Notes: generated by a model not told the origin, from the letters alone. 64,000 nucleotides of DNA from an uncultured delta proteobacterium (GCA_963767925.1 CAVYGB010000002.1:352001-416000), one strand, 5' to 3'. Counted from the first letter of the stretch, positions 1-10,633 are shown. A program made the numbers and translations.

Positions 1-1988
1 ACGCCATCGAGCGCAACCTCAACCAGCTCGGGCAGCTCCAGGCGGGCGCCTGCGGCAAGAGCACGGTGGGCGAGACCCTCGAATCGAGCGAGCTGCTGGC
101 CGCGGTCAAGGGCTCCTGGGCGGAGCTGGCCCGGCGGGCCCCCGAATACCCGGTCGACCAGTACCGCCGCTTCCTGGCCGACATCGCCGATCTGCTGCGC
201 CAGGTGGGCCTGGCCTCGAACCTCCTGCGCGACTCGGGGCTGGAGAGGTTTTACGTCGTCGAGGCCACCATGGAAGGCCTGCCGGCGGCGGCCCGGGACA
301 TCGAGAAGCTGGCCACCGACGTGGCCGCCGAGGAGGCCCGCCCGGGCGAGACCGAGCTGATGCTGCGCGGGCGCGAGCTGGTGGCCAACCTCGACGAGAT
401 GGGGCGCAACCTGCAGCTCGCCTACCGGGCGGCGGCGGCGGGGAGCGAGCGGGGCGACTCCCGGCTGTCCGAGATGCTCGACCCCCCCTTCCAGACGCTC
501 GGCATGAGCACCCGGCAGCTCCTCGATCAGGTGCGGCAGGGGGCCGGCGGGCCAGGCCGCTCGCCCGAGCTGGTGGGGCGGCTGCTCGATCAGGCGGGGG
601 TGACGCTCAGCGCCCTGGTCAAGACCCAGGAGGCCGGCCACCTCTGGATCGCCGGCACGCTCAAGAGCCGGATCGAGCGCTCCCAGTGGCAAAAGGGGCG
701 CAGCATCGCGGTGGTGCTCGTGTTCTTCGTGCTGGCCGCCGGGCTGGTCCTGATCATCGTTCGCAGCATCACCGTGCCGCTGACCCGGGCGGTGGCCTGC
801 GCCAACGCCCTGGCCGCCCAGGACCTCACCATCGAGATCCCGGTCGGGGCGGAGGACGAGCCCGGGCAGCTCCTGGCGGCCATGCGCAAGATGGCCACCA
901 ACCTGCGCTCGACCATCTCGTCGATCGTCTCCTCCTCGCGCACGGTGGCCTCGGCCAGCGAGCGCATCTCCTCGTCGGCCTCCCAGCTCGCCAAGGGGGC
1001 CGAGACCCAGTCGACCGCCACCGAGGAGACGTCGTCGAGCATGGCGGAGATCGCGGTGCAGATCCAGCAGCTCGCCAAGACGGCGGTCTCGCTGGCGGCC
1101 AGCGTGGAGCAGACCACCGCCGCGATCCAGAAGATGGACCAGACCCTGGGGCGCACGGCCAGCAACGGCGACTCGCTGACCGCCGCCTCGGGCGAGACAG
1201 CGACGACCTTGAACCAGCTCGCGGCCAGCGTGGCCCACATGGCCACCCGGGCCCGCGAGGCGGACTCGCTGTCAAAGAGCTCGCTCACCGGGGTCAAGAG
1301 CGGCGGCGAGATGCTGCAGAAGTCGATCAACGGGATCGGCGACCGGGCCCAGGAGGTCAGCAAGATCGTGCGGGTGATCGAGGAGATCGCCGATCAGACC
1401 AACCTGCTGGCCCTCAACGCCGCCATCGAGGCGGCGCGGGCGGGCGACGCCGGGCGGGGGTTCGCGGTGGTGGCGGACGAGGTGCGGCGGCTGGCCGAGC
1501 GCTCGGCCGGCGCCACCCAGGAGATCAGCGACATCATCGACCGCGTGCAAAAGGACGTGGGCGGCTCGGTCAAGCTGACCGAGGAGGTGCTGGTCAAGAT
1601 GGTGGCCTCCCTGGACAACACCTCGAAGGTCATCGAGGACAGCGCCCAGACCGCCGACGAGCAGACCCGCGCGACAAAGACCATGCTCGACACGGCCGAG
1701 CGCATGTCCCAGCTCGCCCGCCAGATCGCCCTGGCCTCCAAGGAGAACGCGGGCAGCGGCAACGAGATCGCCCGGGCCGCCCAGGAGATGACCGAGCTGA
1801 CCAACGTCATGCTCGATGCCACAATCGAGCAGAAGAAGGGCGGCGAGATGGTGGTCAAGGCCACCGACTCGATCGCCGCGGTGGCCCGCCAGAACCTGGC
1901 CGCGGTCGAGCAGATCACGGTCGCCGCCCGCAACCTGGCCCAGGAGGCGGAGGTGCTGCGCGGCCGGGTGGAAGAGTTCGACGTCTGA
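1..1988 (+). CDS. Methyl-accepting chemotaxis protein (5' end outside window)
   Basis: Frame open from the window edge; TM helix ([19 protein letters not shown]), HAMP (ITVPL...DEPGQL) and the MCP signature [40 protein letters not shown]. Confidence 0.95.
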   Translation, partial: AIERNLNQLGQLQAGACGKSTVGETLESSELLAAVKGSWAELARRAPEYPVDQYRRFLADIADLLRQVGLASNLLRDSGLERFYVVEATMEGLPAAARDIEKLATDVAAEEARPGETELMLRGRELVANLDEMGRNLQLAYRAAAAGSERGDSRLSEMLDPPFQTLGMSTRQLLDQVRQGAGGPGRSPELVGRLLDQAGVTLSALVKTQEAGHLWIAGTLKSRIERSQWQKGRSIAVVLVFFVLAAGLVLIIVRSITVPLTRAVACANALAAQDLTIEIPVGAEDEPGQLLAAMRKMATNLRSTISSIVSSSRTVASASERISSSASQLAKGAETQSTATEETSSSMAEIAVQIQQLAKTAVSLAASVEQTTAAIQKMDQTLGRTASNGDSLTAASGETATTLNQLAASVAHMATRAREADSLSKSSLTGVKSGGEMLQKSINGIGDRAQEVSKIVRVIEEIADQTNLLALNAAIEAARAGDAGRGFAVVADEVRRLAERSAGATQEISDIIDRVQKDVGGSVKLTEEVLVKMVASLDNTSKVIEDSAQTADEQTRATKTMLDTAERMSQLARQIALASKENAGSGNEIARAAQEMTELTNVMLDATIEQKKGGEMVVKATDSIAAVARQNLAAVEQITVAARNLAQEAEVLRGRVEEFDV

Positions 1989-2052
1989 GCCGCGGTCGGG
2001 CCCGGGGGAGCCGACCGCTGGGTGCGCAATACGGCTGCCCCTGTAGCGCGGG

Positions 2053-2180
2053 TCAGGGTAGCGGTTCTACCCAGATGTTGCGGAAGCGGACGGGGTGGGC
2101 GTGCTCCTGCAGGCGGAGGGCGCCGGGGGCGTCGCGCGCGAAGCTGCCGCTCGCCGGGAACATCTGCTTGTTCATGGTGC
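2053..2180 (-). pseudogene. C-terminal remnant of a DUF1080 (3-keto-disaccharide hydrolase-like) gene
   Basis: Ends in GALRLQEHAHPVRFRNIWVEPL*, matching the DUF1080 terminal motif G.I.LQ.H...V.FRNI.I..L; rest of the domain absent. Confidence 0.65.
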
Positions 2181-2574
2181 GCAGGCGGTTGACCAGTCCC
2201 GCGAGGCCGGCTGCTTCGAGGAGATCAGCGTCGACGACGATCCTGACGGCGTTGGCGTCCGGCTCGTGAAACCCCGCTCGCTCGAGCACTGGAAGCCGGT
2301 GAGCGACCTGTCTCCCCTCTCCGAGGTCGCCCTCGGTCCGGCGGTGATCACCGAGCTGCGGAAGCAGGAAGGCTGCGACCCCCTCGCCGATCGCGCCGAG
2401 ACGCTCTCGGTCGGCGTCGCCCCCCGCCTCTGGCTCCGCACCGAGATCGCCGGCTGCACCAGCGCCGCCATGGCCGACCTGCGCGCGGCCGCCCGCGCCC
2501 TCGTCGACCGTCTGGCCGCCGGCCCCGCGCCCGACGCCGGCGACAGCCGCGAGCCCCCCGACGGCCGCTGGTAA
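2180..2574 (+). pseudogene. Possible 3' remnant of an unknown gene
   Basis: The + frame (ORF 2095..2574) has coding-like codon usage from ~2200 but no credible start or RBS. Confidence 0.3.
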
Positions 2575-2826
2575 CGGCGTCGTGCACGCCCGACGGGCGA
2601 AAACAGGCGTGCGCAGCCTCGCGCCCCGCGTCTATGTAAGAGCGTCCCCGATGTCTGCGTCGTTTCGGCGCGGACGTCCCACCGAGGAGCACCGGAAAAC
2701 CGTGGTTTTTCAGGACCCGAATCGACGCACTGGTAGGTCGGGATGTGAGAATCAGCGGTTGGGCCTGGTCCAATTGGGCCTGACCACCTAACCTACCGGG
2801 GTCTGTCCCGGAGGTTTGATCGCGTC

Positions 2827-3630
2827 ATGAACCAGCCATCGTTCCCGTCCCTACTGCTCGGTGTCGCGCTGCTCGGAGGGATGGTGCTCGCGCCCGCTGC
2901 TGCATCCGGAAAAGATGCAAAGCCGCCGGCCGCCCCGGCGTCGAACGACTCGGAGGCGCGCAGCAAGGAGCTGCTCAAGAAGCACTTCCCGCTCGAGGAG
3001 GACATCGGCCCCATACCGGTGGTGCGCGTGCCGAAGGCCGACGAGGCCAAGGCCGCCGCGGCGAAGGTCGAGAAGGAGAAGGCCGAGAAGGCCCGCATCG
3101 AGCGGGCCCGCCAGCAGGCGCGCGCCGCCGCCGTCCCCGCGGCGAAGGAGCCCCCTCCACCCGCCGTCGCCACGCCCGGCACCAGCTCGGTGCCGCCCAC
3201 TCCGATCGCCGCCGAGCCGAAGAAGAAGGAGGCGGTCCGGCCCGAGCCCTCGCAGGGGCCCGCGCTGAAGACCGAGGACAGCCAGCAGATCGACGACATG
3301 CTGGCCCGCGCGCTCACCGAGGTCGAGGTGCCGGCCGAAAGCGCGGCGGAGCAGCCGGTGGCGGCGGCCCTGCCCCCGCTCGGGATGGCGGCCATCCGCC
3401 AGACCATGCAGACGGTTCAGCCCGAGGTGAAGCGGGACTGCCCGCTCGGTCGCCTCGGCGTCGTGCTCGTGCGGGTGGAGGTCACCCCGAGTGGCCAGGT
3501 GGCCAGCGTGATCCCCGAGGGCAAGCTGGCCAAGTCGCCGCCCGCCCCCTGCGTGGCCGAGCGGGTCCGCCGCGCGCGTTTCCCGCGCTCGGCCGGCGGC
3601 ACCTTCAGCTACGGCCTGACCGTCCGCTGA
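2827..3630 (+). CDS. Exported protein with Pro/Ala/Lys linker and C-terminal TonB-C/AgmX-PglI-like domain
   Basis: Signal-like N-terminus, GGAGG RBS upstream; C-terminal VKRDC...VLVRVEVTPSGQVASV......CVAERVRRARFP pattern typical of myxobacterial TonB-C-like domains. Confidence 0.7.
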   Translation: MNQPSFPSLLLGVALLGGMVLAPAAASGKDAKPPAAPASNDSEARSKELLKKHFPLEEDIGPIPVVRVPKADEAKAAAAKVEKEKAEKARIERARQQARAAAVPAAKEPPPPAVATPGTSSVPPTPIAAEPKKKEAVRPEPSQGPALKTEDSQQIDDMLARALTEVEVPAESAAEQPVAAALPPLGMAAIRQTMQTVQPEVKRDCPLGRLGVVLVRVEVTPSGQVASVIPEGKLAKSPPAPCVAERVRRARFPRSAGGTFSYGLTVR

Positions 3631-3653
3631 TCCGCGCCGCGCGCATTCACCAA

Positions 3654-3681
3654 CCGGGACCCTCAGGCGGGCGGGTCCCGG
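3654..3681 (+). terminator. GC-rich hairpin downstream of 2827..3630
   Basis: CCGGGACCC-N10-GGGTCCCGG; no U-tract. Confidence 0.35.
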
Positions 3682-3931
3682 ATCGATCGTGGGCAATTCC
3701 CTTCCCACTCACACCGTCGCCACATCGCCTTGGCGATCGATCCGGGCCCCGCCCGGAATGCACCGGTGACTCTCCCCTGTCGACACTCCCCCCGCACCCC
3801 GGTCTCCCCATCTCCCCGCGCCGCTGCGACCTCACCCAACCAACCCACCGCCCCGTCGAGCCGCGCGCCCCATACCCCGGAAACCGTCAGCATTCCATTC
3901 GCCTGGGCTATTCAGTTGTGAACCAGAGAAC

Positions 3932-3947
3932 TTCAAGGGTCGTGCCA
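3932..3947 (-). promoter_or_regulatory. Putative sigma54 (-24/-12) promoter
   Basis: Minus strand TGGCACG-ACCC-TTGAA; matches TGGCACG-N4-TTGC with A replacing C at -12. Confidence 0.45.
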
Positions 3948-4088
3948 GCCCCGCCCGGCCGCTGAAACCGGGGCCGGGAGGCGAAAAGCCGGGAGAGAGC
4001 GTTTCAGCGCGGTAGCGATTCCTGCCCGGGAGGCACTTCTCGCGGACATTCCGTCAGAGGGGCGCGAACGGGGCGCCGCAGGAGGCTT

Positions 4089-4409
4089 TCAGGGTTGCTC
4101 TGCCAGCGGCTCCGTCGGGGCGTTGCAGGTCACCTGCAGGCCCTTGATGACGGCGTTGGCGCAGTCGAGCGGCCAGATGCCGAACGCGCCTCGCCGCTCC
4201 TGCATCATCCCGTCGGTCGGACACGCGAAGGGGTTCTCGACCTCCACCGCGGGCGGCCAGCTCCACCCGGGCGTGACCCGCAGGGCGTAGCGGTGCGGGC
4301 GGACCGAGCGATCTTCGCGCACCTCGAGCCGGCCGCAGCGAACCCCGAGGGCGTCGATCCCGAGCCATAGTTGCCGGTGAACCCCACCACCGCCTGCCCC
4401 CCCGAACAC
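4089..4409 (-). CDS. Short hypothetical protein or gene remnant
   Basis: 106-aa ORF with coding-like 3' half directly after the C25 gene; no recognisable domain. Confidence 0.3.
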   Translation of the reverse strand: MFGGAGGGGVHRQLWLGIDALGVRCGRLEVREDRSVRPHRYALRVTPGWSWPPAVEVENPFACPTDGMMQERRGAFGIWPLDCANAVIKGLQVTCNAPTEPLAEQP

Positions 4410-4436
4410 TAGTCTAGACCGGGCGCTCCGGTGCGG

Positions 4437-7400
4437 TCAGCCCGGCGGTGGGGGTGGGCTGGCGGGGGCGGCGGGGGCGGCGGGCTCGCGCCGGGGCGCG
4501 CGGGCCCGGCGGGTGAGGCGGTGGGCGGTGGTCGCCAGCAACACGAGGCCGAGGCCGATCCACAGGCCGGCCGGGCGGGCGGCGAGGGCCTGGCTCGCGA
4601 TCGCGCCGCAGCCGCTGGCCCCGGGATTGGCCGGGGAGGCGGACGGTGGCGGGGCGGCGGAGGCGGGGGTGCCGAACAGCGAGGGGTCGCCGAGCAGGAC
4701 GAAGCTGCGGCGTACGTCGCGGTCGGCGACCGCGAGCATGGCGGCGCGCACCGCCTCGCCCAGCGACGATCGGGCCAGCGCGCGCACGAACGCGAGGTTG
4801 GCCACCGCCTGCGTCCGGGCGTCGGGGGACGCGCTCGACGCCAACACCGCGATGGCCCCGCCTTTGGGGGCGGCCAGCAAGGCCTGGCCCAGGCTCTCCT
4901 GGCGGGGGTCCTGGAACAGCCCGCCGAGGCAGGTCATCGCCGCGACGACCGGCAGCCGCTCGCCGTTGCCGAGGGCGTGGGCCTGCCGGGTGTCGAGGGT
5001 GCCGGCCCACTCGGCCACTGACCCGTGCCCCTGGTAGTTGACCAGGCCGGCCCCGGCCTCGAGCGCGGCCAGGAGGGCGACGCCGGGCTCCGGCGAGGCG
5101 CTGTTGTCGAGCGCCACCGCGGCCATCCCGGCGGGCAGGGCCGCGCCCACCTCGCGGGAGGTGGCGGCGAAGTCCCAGCCGTCCTCGCGATCGGACACCA
5201 GCAGGGCGCGGCCGCGCCAGCCCTCGCCGCCCAGGCGGCCGCGGTAGGTGACCAGCTTGTCGACCAGGATGCGGGCCTCCTCCGCGCTGGCGGCGGGCAG
5301 GCGGCCGATGGCGATCTCGGGGACGTCGTCGCCGTCCAGGTCGCCGAACCAGCCGTCCGAGGCGGTCTCGATGGTCCTCGTGTCGAGCAGCCTGGTCGGC
5401 AGCAGGTCGCGCTCGCCGAGGCCGAGGTGGTCCTGGGGGTCGAAGCTGGCCGCCCCGACCAGCAGGGCGAAGCGCCCGGCCCCGCCGCCGGACTGGTGGA
5501 CGGTGCGCAGGAAGTCGCGGAGGGCGTGGGGGCTCTTGTCTCCGCAGCCGTAGCCGTCGTAGATGTCCTCGGCCGCGACGGCGTCGGCGCGCCAGCCGTC
5601 GGCTGCCCGTCGCACCAGCAGGGGCTCGACCGCGGGGAGGAAGGCCGCCGGAGTGATGATCAGCAGCTCGGCGCGCCGGGCGGCGGCCAGGGCGGCGGAG
5701 GGACGATGGGGGACGATGGCGGTCGGGCTGGCGGCGTCCGAGTCGCGGAAGGCAAACAGCTTGCGCAGGCCCTCGCCGGCGGTCACCACCCGGGCGGCGA
5801 AGCCCACGCTGCGGGGCGAGGTGATCACCGGCAGCTCGAAGACGTCGTCGGGGTCGGTCACGTCGACGACCCGCACGTCGTCCCCCGCGAACCCGGTCAA
5901 CATGGCCACCTGGCCCCCGAGGACCTGGAAGGCGAGCCGGCCGCGGTCGGCGGTGAGCTTGCGGGCGTAGGACAGGCGCAGCGACTCGACCAGGCTGACG
6001 TCGGTGTCGCCGGCCTCGGCGGTCAGGGTGATGGTGTTGTCGCCCTCGGCGAGGGCCCGCGCCGGCAGGGGGAAGCGGCCGTGGCCGGGGGCCTGGCCCT
6101 CGAACGAGACGGTCCCGAGTGGCTGCCCGGCGAACGCGACGCGCACCCGGTGGGGGCCCAGGCTGGCCCCGCGCAGGTCGACCTCGAGCACGGGCGGCTC
6201 GGCGGCCTGCGGGTCGAGGGCGCTCGCGAGGAGGCTCTGGTCCAGCGGGCGGGTGGTGACGACCGCGCCGAAGAAGTTGTCGGCGTCGCCGTTCTTGATC
6301 GCGGCGACGTAGACCGAGCGGTCGGCGCGCTCCGCCACGACGCGGGCGCTGTGCACCTCGCCGCCGGTCGGCGCGGAGGCGCGGGTGGGGACGCGGAGGG
6401 GGGATTCGCCGTCGGGGGTCTCGGCCAGCCAGTAGGTGCGGGTCGGGCTCGCGGAGGTGGCCGGGGCGCTGGCGAAGAAGCCGAGGGTGTCGTCGGGATC
6501 GAGGCGGCCGTCGGCGTCGCCGGTGATCTGCAGCGGGACGGGGCGGCCGTCGCGGTAGAGAGCGAGGCGGCGAGGGTCGAGGGAGCGATCGACGGCGGCG
6601 TCGGTGAGGGCGTCGATCAGTGCCTGGCCGGTGATGCGGGTCCAGCCGTCGGCGGGGATGCGGAGCTTGATGCCGGGGCGGGTGCCGAGGGTGGGGCAGG
6701 TGGGGGCTGGGAATGAGGGTGGAGTGGAGAAGGGGGTTTGCGACGCTTGCGGGGAGGACGCTGGGGAGCGCGGGAAGGTAATCGCCTCGGGGCGGGAGCG
6801 CACGGGGGGGCGGAGGTCCTGGAGGAGGGCGGCGGGGCGTGGGGGGGCGGCGGAGGGTGTCGGGGACGGGGACGCATACGGGGACGGGGTTGGGGGTGGG
6901 GACGGAGTTGGGGGTGAGGACGGAGTTGGGGGTGCGAGGGCGAGGGGGCCGTAGAAGGTGCTGCGGGTGTCGAGGTCGATCTCCTCGATCCAGTAGCGGG
7001 CGTTCGGGACGGGGGTGGGGTCGGTCCACAGGTACGCGGCCTGGCCCATGCCCTGGGGGCTGGCGGCGGCGGTGATGGCGTTGCCGGCGAGCAGGCCGCT
7101 CAGAGGGGCGCGGCGGCCGTCGAGCTCGCGGTGGATGCGGTAGCCGAGGTTCCAGCCGCCGTCGGCGGCCTGCCAGCGGAGGTCGACACCGGGGCCGCGG
7201 GGGGCGGCGCTGGCGTCGTGGAGGCGGATGGAGGTCGGGGTGATCGCTGGCGGCACCGCTACGGTCACCAGGGTCCAGGCCACGCCCGGCGTGTAGCCCT
7301 CCGAGAAGGTCGTGGTGGCGCTGGCGCCACCGCCAACCGCCACGCCGGAGGGGGCCGTGAGCCCGAGCATCCCGCCGTTGGCGCCGATGGTGCAGCCGGA

Positions 7401-8075
7401 CTGGTCCCAGCGCACGGTCTCGATTCCGCTGGGGCTGCAGGTGCCCGACACGGTCGAGCCCGCTCCTCCCAGCGACAGGTTGGCCAGCACCAGCCGCCGC
7501 GCGCCTCCCGGGTCGACGGTGATCGCAGGGCTGCTATTGGTGTTCCCGGAACTGGCGCTCGGGGGCCTGATGACGTTTGTCGGGTCGCTGTTCCGGAGGG
7601 ACATCGCCGCTGCGGCCAGCGAGCCGGCATTGGTCATGGTCACCGCGCCGTTGGTCACGGTCACCGTGATGGTGTAAGTGCCGGCGGCGATCGGCCCCTC
7701 CACGTAGTGGATGGCCGAACCCCAGACACGCGCGCCGATGAAATCGGGCCGGTAAACGAAGTTGCCCGAGACGGTCAGCCCTCCGCTGAGGGTGATGGTT
7801 CGCGTGTTCGGATTTGCGTCGCAGCTATTGGCCGAGATGGCGATCAGGAGCAACGACGCTCCCCCGGAGCCGACGGTGTGGTCCCAGGACGTGGACATGC
7901 GGTTCAAGGTGAAGGTCGGGTTCGCGATCAGCCCCGAGGTCGACACGGCGTCGATCACGATGTCGTTGGGGTCGGCGGCGGCCAGGCCCGGCACCGCCGC
8001 GACGCTCAGCACCACCGCTCGGGCTAGCTGGACATGAGACCGCACCTTCCCCGGCACGCTGCTGCGACTCGACAT
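4437..8075 (-). CDS. Secreted C25 (gingipain-like) cysteine peptidase with N-terminal passenger domain and MYXO-CTERM-like anchor
   Basis: Signal peptide (LSVAAVPGLAAA); C25 motifs LLIITP, FALLVGAASFD, SDGWFGDLDGDDVPEIAIGRLP, catalytic NYQGHGS and AMTC, FVLLGDP; C-terminal SGC + hydrophobic helix + RR. Start approximate. Confidence 0.85.
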   Translation of the reverse strand: MSSRSSVPGKVRSHVQLARAVVLSVAAVPGLAAADPNDIVIDAVSTSGLIANPTFTLNRMSTSWDHTVGSGGASLLLIAISANSCDANPNTRTITLSGGLTVSGNFVYRPDFIGARVWGSAIHYVEGPIAAGTYTITVTVTNGAVTMTNAGSLAAAAMSLRNSDPTNVIRPPSASSGNTNSSPAITVDPGGARRLVLANLSLGGAGSTVSGTCSPSGIETVRWDQSGCTIGANGGMLGLTAPSGVAVGGGASATTTFSEGYTPGVAWTLVTVAVPPAITPTSIRLHDASAAPRGPGVDLRWQAADGGWNLGYRIHRELDGRRAPLSGLLAGNAITAAASPQGMGQAAYLWTDPTPVPNARYWIEEIDLDTRSTFYGPLALAPPTPSSPPTPSPPPTPSPYASPSPTPSAAPPRPAALLQDLRPPVRSRPEAITFPRSPASSPQASQTPFSTPPSFPAPTCPTLGTRPGIKLRIPADGWTRITGQALIDALTDAAVDRSLDPRRLALYRDGRPVPLQITGDADGRLDPDDTLGFFASAPATSASPTRTYWLAETPDGESPLRVPTRASAPTGGEVHSARVVAERADRSVYVAAIKNGDADNFFGAVVTTRPLDQSLLASALDPQAAEPPVLEVDLRGASLGPHRVRVAFAGQPLGTVSFEGQAPGHGRFPLPARALAEGDNTITLTAEAGDTDVSLVESLRLSYARKLTADRGRLAFQVLGGQVAMLTGFAGDDVRVVDVTDPDDVFELPVITSPRSVGFAARVVTAGEGLRKLFAFRDSDAASPTAIVPHRPSAALAAARRAELLIITPAAFLPAVEPLLVRRAADGWRADAVAAEDIYDGYGCGDKSPHALRDFLRTVHQSGGGAGRFALLVGAASFDPQDHLGLGERDLLPTRLLDTRTIETASDGWFGDLDGDDVPEIAIGRLPAASAEEARILVDKLVTYRGRLGGEGWRGRALLVSDREDGWDFAATSREVGAALPAGMAAVALDNSASPEPGVALLAALEAGAGLVNYQGHGSVAEWAGTLDTRQAHALGNGERLPVVAAMTCLGGLFQDPRQESLGQALLAAPKGGAIAVLASSASPDARTQAVANLAFVRALARSSLGEAVRAAMLAVADRDVRRSFVLLGDPSLFGTPASAAPPPSASPANPGASGCGAIASQALAARPAGLWIGLGLVLLATTAHRLTRRARAPRREPAAPAAPASPPPPPG

Positions 8076-8519
8076 GCCTCCTCCTCCCCCGATCACCAGC
8101 GACATTCCCCAACTCGATCGCGGATGCGACCAGCCGTGCGGCAAGGAGCAGCCCGCGGCCAGCTCCTGGTGTTCGCAACGGTTCGACAACTATATCAGCC
8201 GCCGATCACCGGCCAAAGCACATCCCAGCGCGGTCACCGTCGGCGAGCGCGCGCCCGCCCACCTTGCGGGAGATGACCGTGCTTCGCAGAGCTTTCCCTA
8301 CCCGCGATGATCCCGTTGTTCCTGATCCCCACCCATCCGGAAGGCTCCGGCGGGCAGCAGCGACCCGGCGCCGCTCCCATCGCGATCGGGCCCCGAGGTT
8401 CCATCCGCCCAATCGGGACGGCGATCGGGCAAGGTGACGGCATGACGAGGTCATCGCTCGCGATCGGCACCACGGTGGTGGCGATCGACGCCTGCACCCC
8501 CCGACGAGGAGGTTCCCCC

Positions 8520-8927
8520 ATGCCCACCCCACTCTGGCCGGTCCGTCACATCTCGATCTCGATCGACCGCCCTCCCGCCGACGTCTACCAGCTCGCCGCC
8601 AACCCCGAGAACCTGCCTCGCTGGGCCCGCGGCCTCGCCGGCTCGGTCAAGCTCACCCAGGACGGCACCCTCATCGCCGCCTCCCCGATGGGCGAGGTCA
8701 AGGTCCGCTTCGCCGAGCGCAACCGCCAGGGCATCCTCGACCACGACGTCACCCTCCCCTCCGGCGAAACCGTCCACAACCCCCTGCGCGTCGTCCCCAA
8801 CGCCACCGGCAGCGAAGTCATCTTCACCATCTTCCGCCGCCCCGGCGCCACCGAAGACCAGTTCGCCGCCGACGCCCACGCCGTCGAACGCGACCTGGCC
8901 ACCCTCAAGTCCCTCCTGGAAGAGTGA
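8520..8927 (+). CDS. SRPBCC/polyketide cyclase-like protein
   Basis: GAGGAGG RBS before ATG 8520; HISISIDRPPADVY...PENLPRWA...LDHDV.LPSG..V.NPLRVVPN. Confidence 0.85.
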   Translation: MPTPLWPVRHISISIDRPPADVYQLAANPENLPRWARGLAGSVKLTQDGTLIAASPMGEVKVRFAERNRQGILDHDVTLPSGETVHNPLRVVPNATGSEVIFTIFRRPGATEDQFAADAHAVERDLATLKSLLEE

Positions 8928-9079
8928 AGCCCCCCGGCGCTCCCGTCGTCCACGTCGCCGGAGGGTCCGCCAGCCATAGCTCACTCCGGCCCGTCGATGA
9001 CCGGCGAGGTCCGTCTGGGCGGCCGCAGATGCTGCAGCTCTTCCTGGCGTTATGTCATATCTGACATGTACTGACGCTC

Positions 9080-9355
9080 GTGTCGCCGGGAGACAAGCCG
9101 TTGGTCTGGCTACACGGCGAGGTAAAAAGGCCGCCGTTTTCGAGAGAGGCCAGGATAGAGACTGGCTTTTTGCTGCGGCGGCTTCAGGCGGGTCACACGT
9201 TGTCGATCCCCCATTCCCGTCCCATGCCCCACATCGGGGCCAATTGCCACGAGCTTCGGATTGGCGACAGAGGAAAGGCCTGGCGTACGTCCTGCGCCCT
9301 GACCTGCGGAGACTCGCCACCGCCGCCCGGGTTTTTCTCCGGGGGACCACTCTAA
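9080..9355 (+). pseudogene. Truncated RelE/ParE (HigB/Gp49-like) toxin, no antitoxin
   Basis: KPLVWLHGEVKRPPFSREARIETGFLLRRLQAG..LSIPHSRPMPHIGANCHELRI.D....WR; similarity is lost after WR; locally lower GC. Confidence 0.7.
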
Positions 9356-9507
9356 CAGGCAGCGCCAAGCGCTCGACCCCATGACTCCGCCCGTTCGCGT
9401 GCTGCAAAGCGCGACGTTGCAAGCGAAACGGCGCACCGGTCGCTACACTTCCGCCGGGGCTTGCCGCGGACCGCGCCGTAGCGCCGGACCGACCTGGGGA
9501 ACCATAG

Positions 9508-10392
9508 ATGCTGGAACACGTGGTGGGCTCGATCCTCGGAGGCGCCATCGGCGACGGTTGGGGTGGGCCGTTCGAGGGCAGCGCGCTCGCCGGCCCGGCC
9601 ATGGTACCCGACGAGCTCCTGGTATCGGACGACACCCAGCTCACCCTCGCGACCTGCGAGGCGGTCATCGCGTGCGGCCGGGTCGACCCGGCGCAGATCG
9701 CCGCCCGGTTCGCGGCCTGGTTTCGTTCGGGGCGCCTTCGTGGTCTGGGCGCGAGCACCTTGAAGGCGCTGCGCGATCTGGACGCCGGGGCGCGCTGGGC
9801 CCTGGCGGGGGCGAAAGGGGAGCGGTCCGCGGGGAACGGCGCCGCCATGCGCATCGCCCCGCTGGCGTTCCTCCTGGATCCGGCAGACGAAGCCCAGCGC
9901 AGGACCTTGCGGGACGTCTGCCGGATCACGCACCACCACGATGAGGCCTATGTGGGCGCCCTCGCCGTCGCGCTCGCGATCCGTTTCGCGATCGCACCCG
10001 GCTACGACCTCTCGAACCTGCTGACCGATCTGGCGGACCTCTTGCCAGATTCTCGGGTCAGAGATCGCATCGCGCAGCTCGCGGCCATCACCGATGACGT
10101 CTCTCCCCATCAGGCTGCCGGGGCCTGCGGCAACTCGGGCTTCGTCGCAGAGTCGGTTCCCCTGGCCATCTTCGCCGCCCGCGCGATCCGGAGCCGCCCA
10201 TTTTCCGAGGTCGTGCAGCGCGCGATCGAGGCTGGCGGCGACACCGACACGATCGGCTCGATGGCCGGCCAGATCGCCGGCGCTGCCGTGGGAGCCTCCA
10301 GTCTCCCCGGAGCGCTCATCGCGCGGCTGCGCGACCGCACGGAGATCGTGGCGACCGCCGAGAGGTTCGCACAGGTCGTTTTCGCGGGTTGA
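9508..10392 (+). CDS. ADP-ribosylglycohydrolase (DraG/ARH family)
   Basis: GGAIGDGWG, SDDTQLT, GNGAAMRIAP, ITHH, GGDTDTIGSMAG motifs. Confidence 0.93.
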   Translation: MLEHVVGSILGGAIGDGWGGPFEGSALAGPAMVPDELLVSDDTQLTLATCEAVIACGRVDPAQIAARFAAWFRSGRLRGLGASTLKALRDLDAGARWALAGAKGERSAGNGAAMRIAPLAFLLDPADEAQRRTLRDVCRITHHHDEAYVGALAVALAIRFAIAPGYDLSNLLTDLADLLPDSRVRDRIAQLAAITDDVSPHQAAGACGNSGFVAESVPLAIFAARAIRSRPFSEVVQRAIEAGGDTDTIGSMAGQIAGAAVGASSLPGALIARLRDRTEIVATAERFAQVVFAG

Positions 10393-10633
10393 CCCGGAGC
10401 TGCCGCCGGCGCGGCCCCCCCGCCCATCGCCCGGCAGCTTTTCCTCTGGCCCCTCCCTGCGCCGGGGTAGTTCCACCCTCTCCGCCGTCGCCACTGAACG
10501 CCACCTCCCTGGCAGTCGGGCGACCCCCCGGTCGCCTGGCCTCCTCGCGTCATGGTCGCGAAACGGGGTTCGTCCTCGCCCCGCGACCACCTAGAACCCC
10601 GGGGGGCCCGTCGGGCCACTACTGGTCCACATC

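Noticed and set aside
8330..8495. CGATCG-rich degenerate periodicity upstream of the SRPBCC gene
   Set aside because: No consistent unit could be defined by eye; also not a credible N-terminal extension given the RBS before 8520
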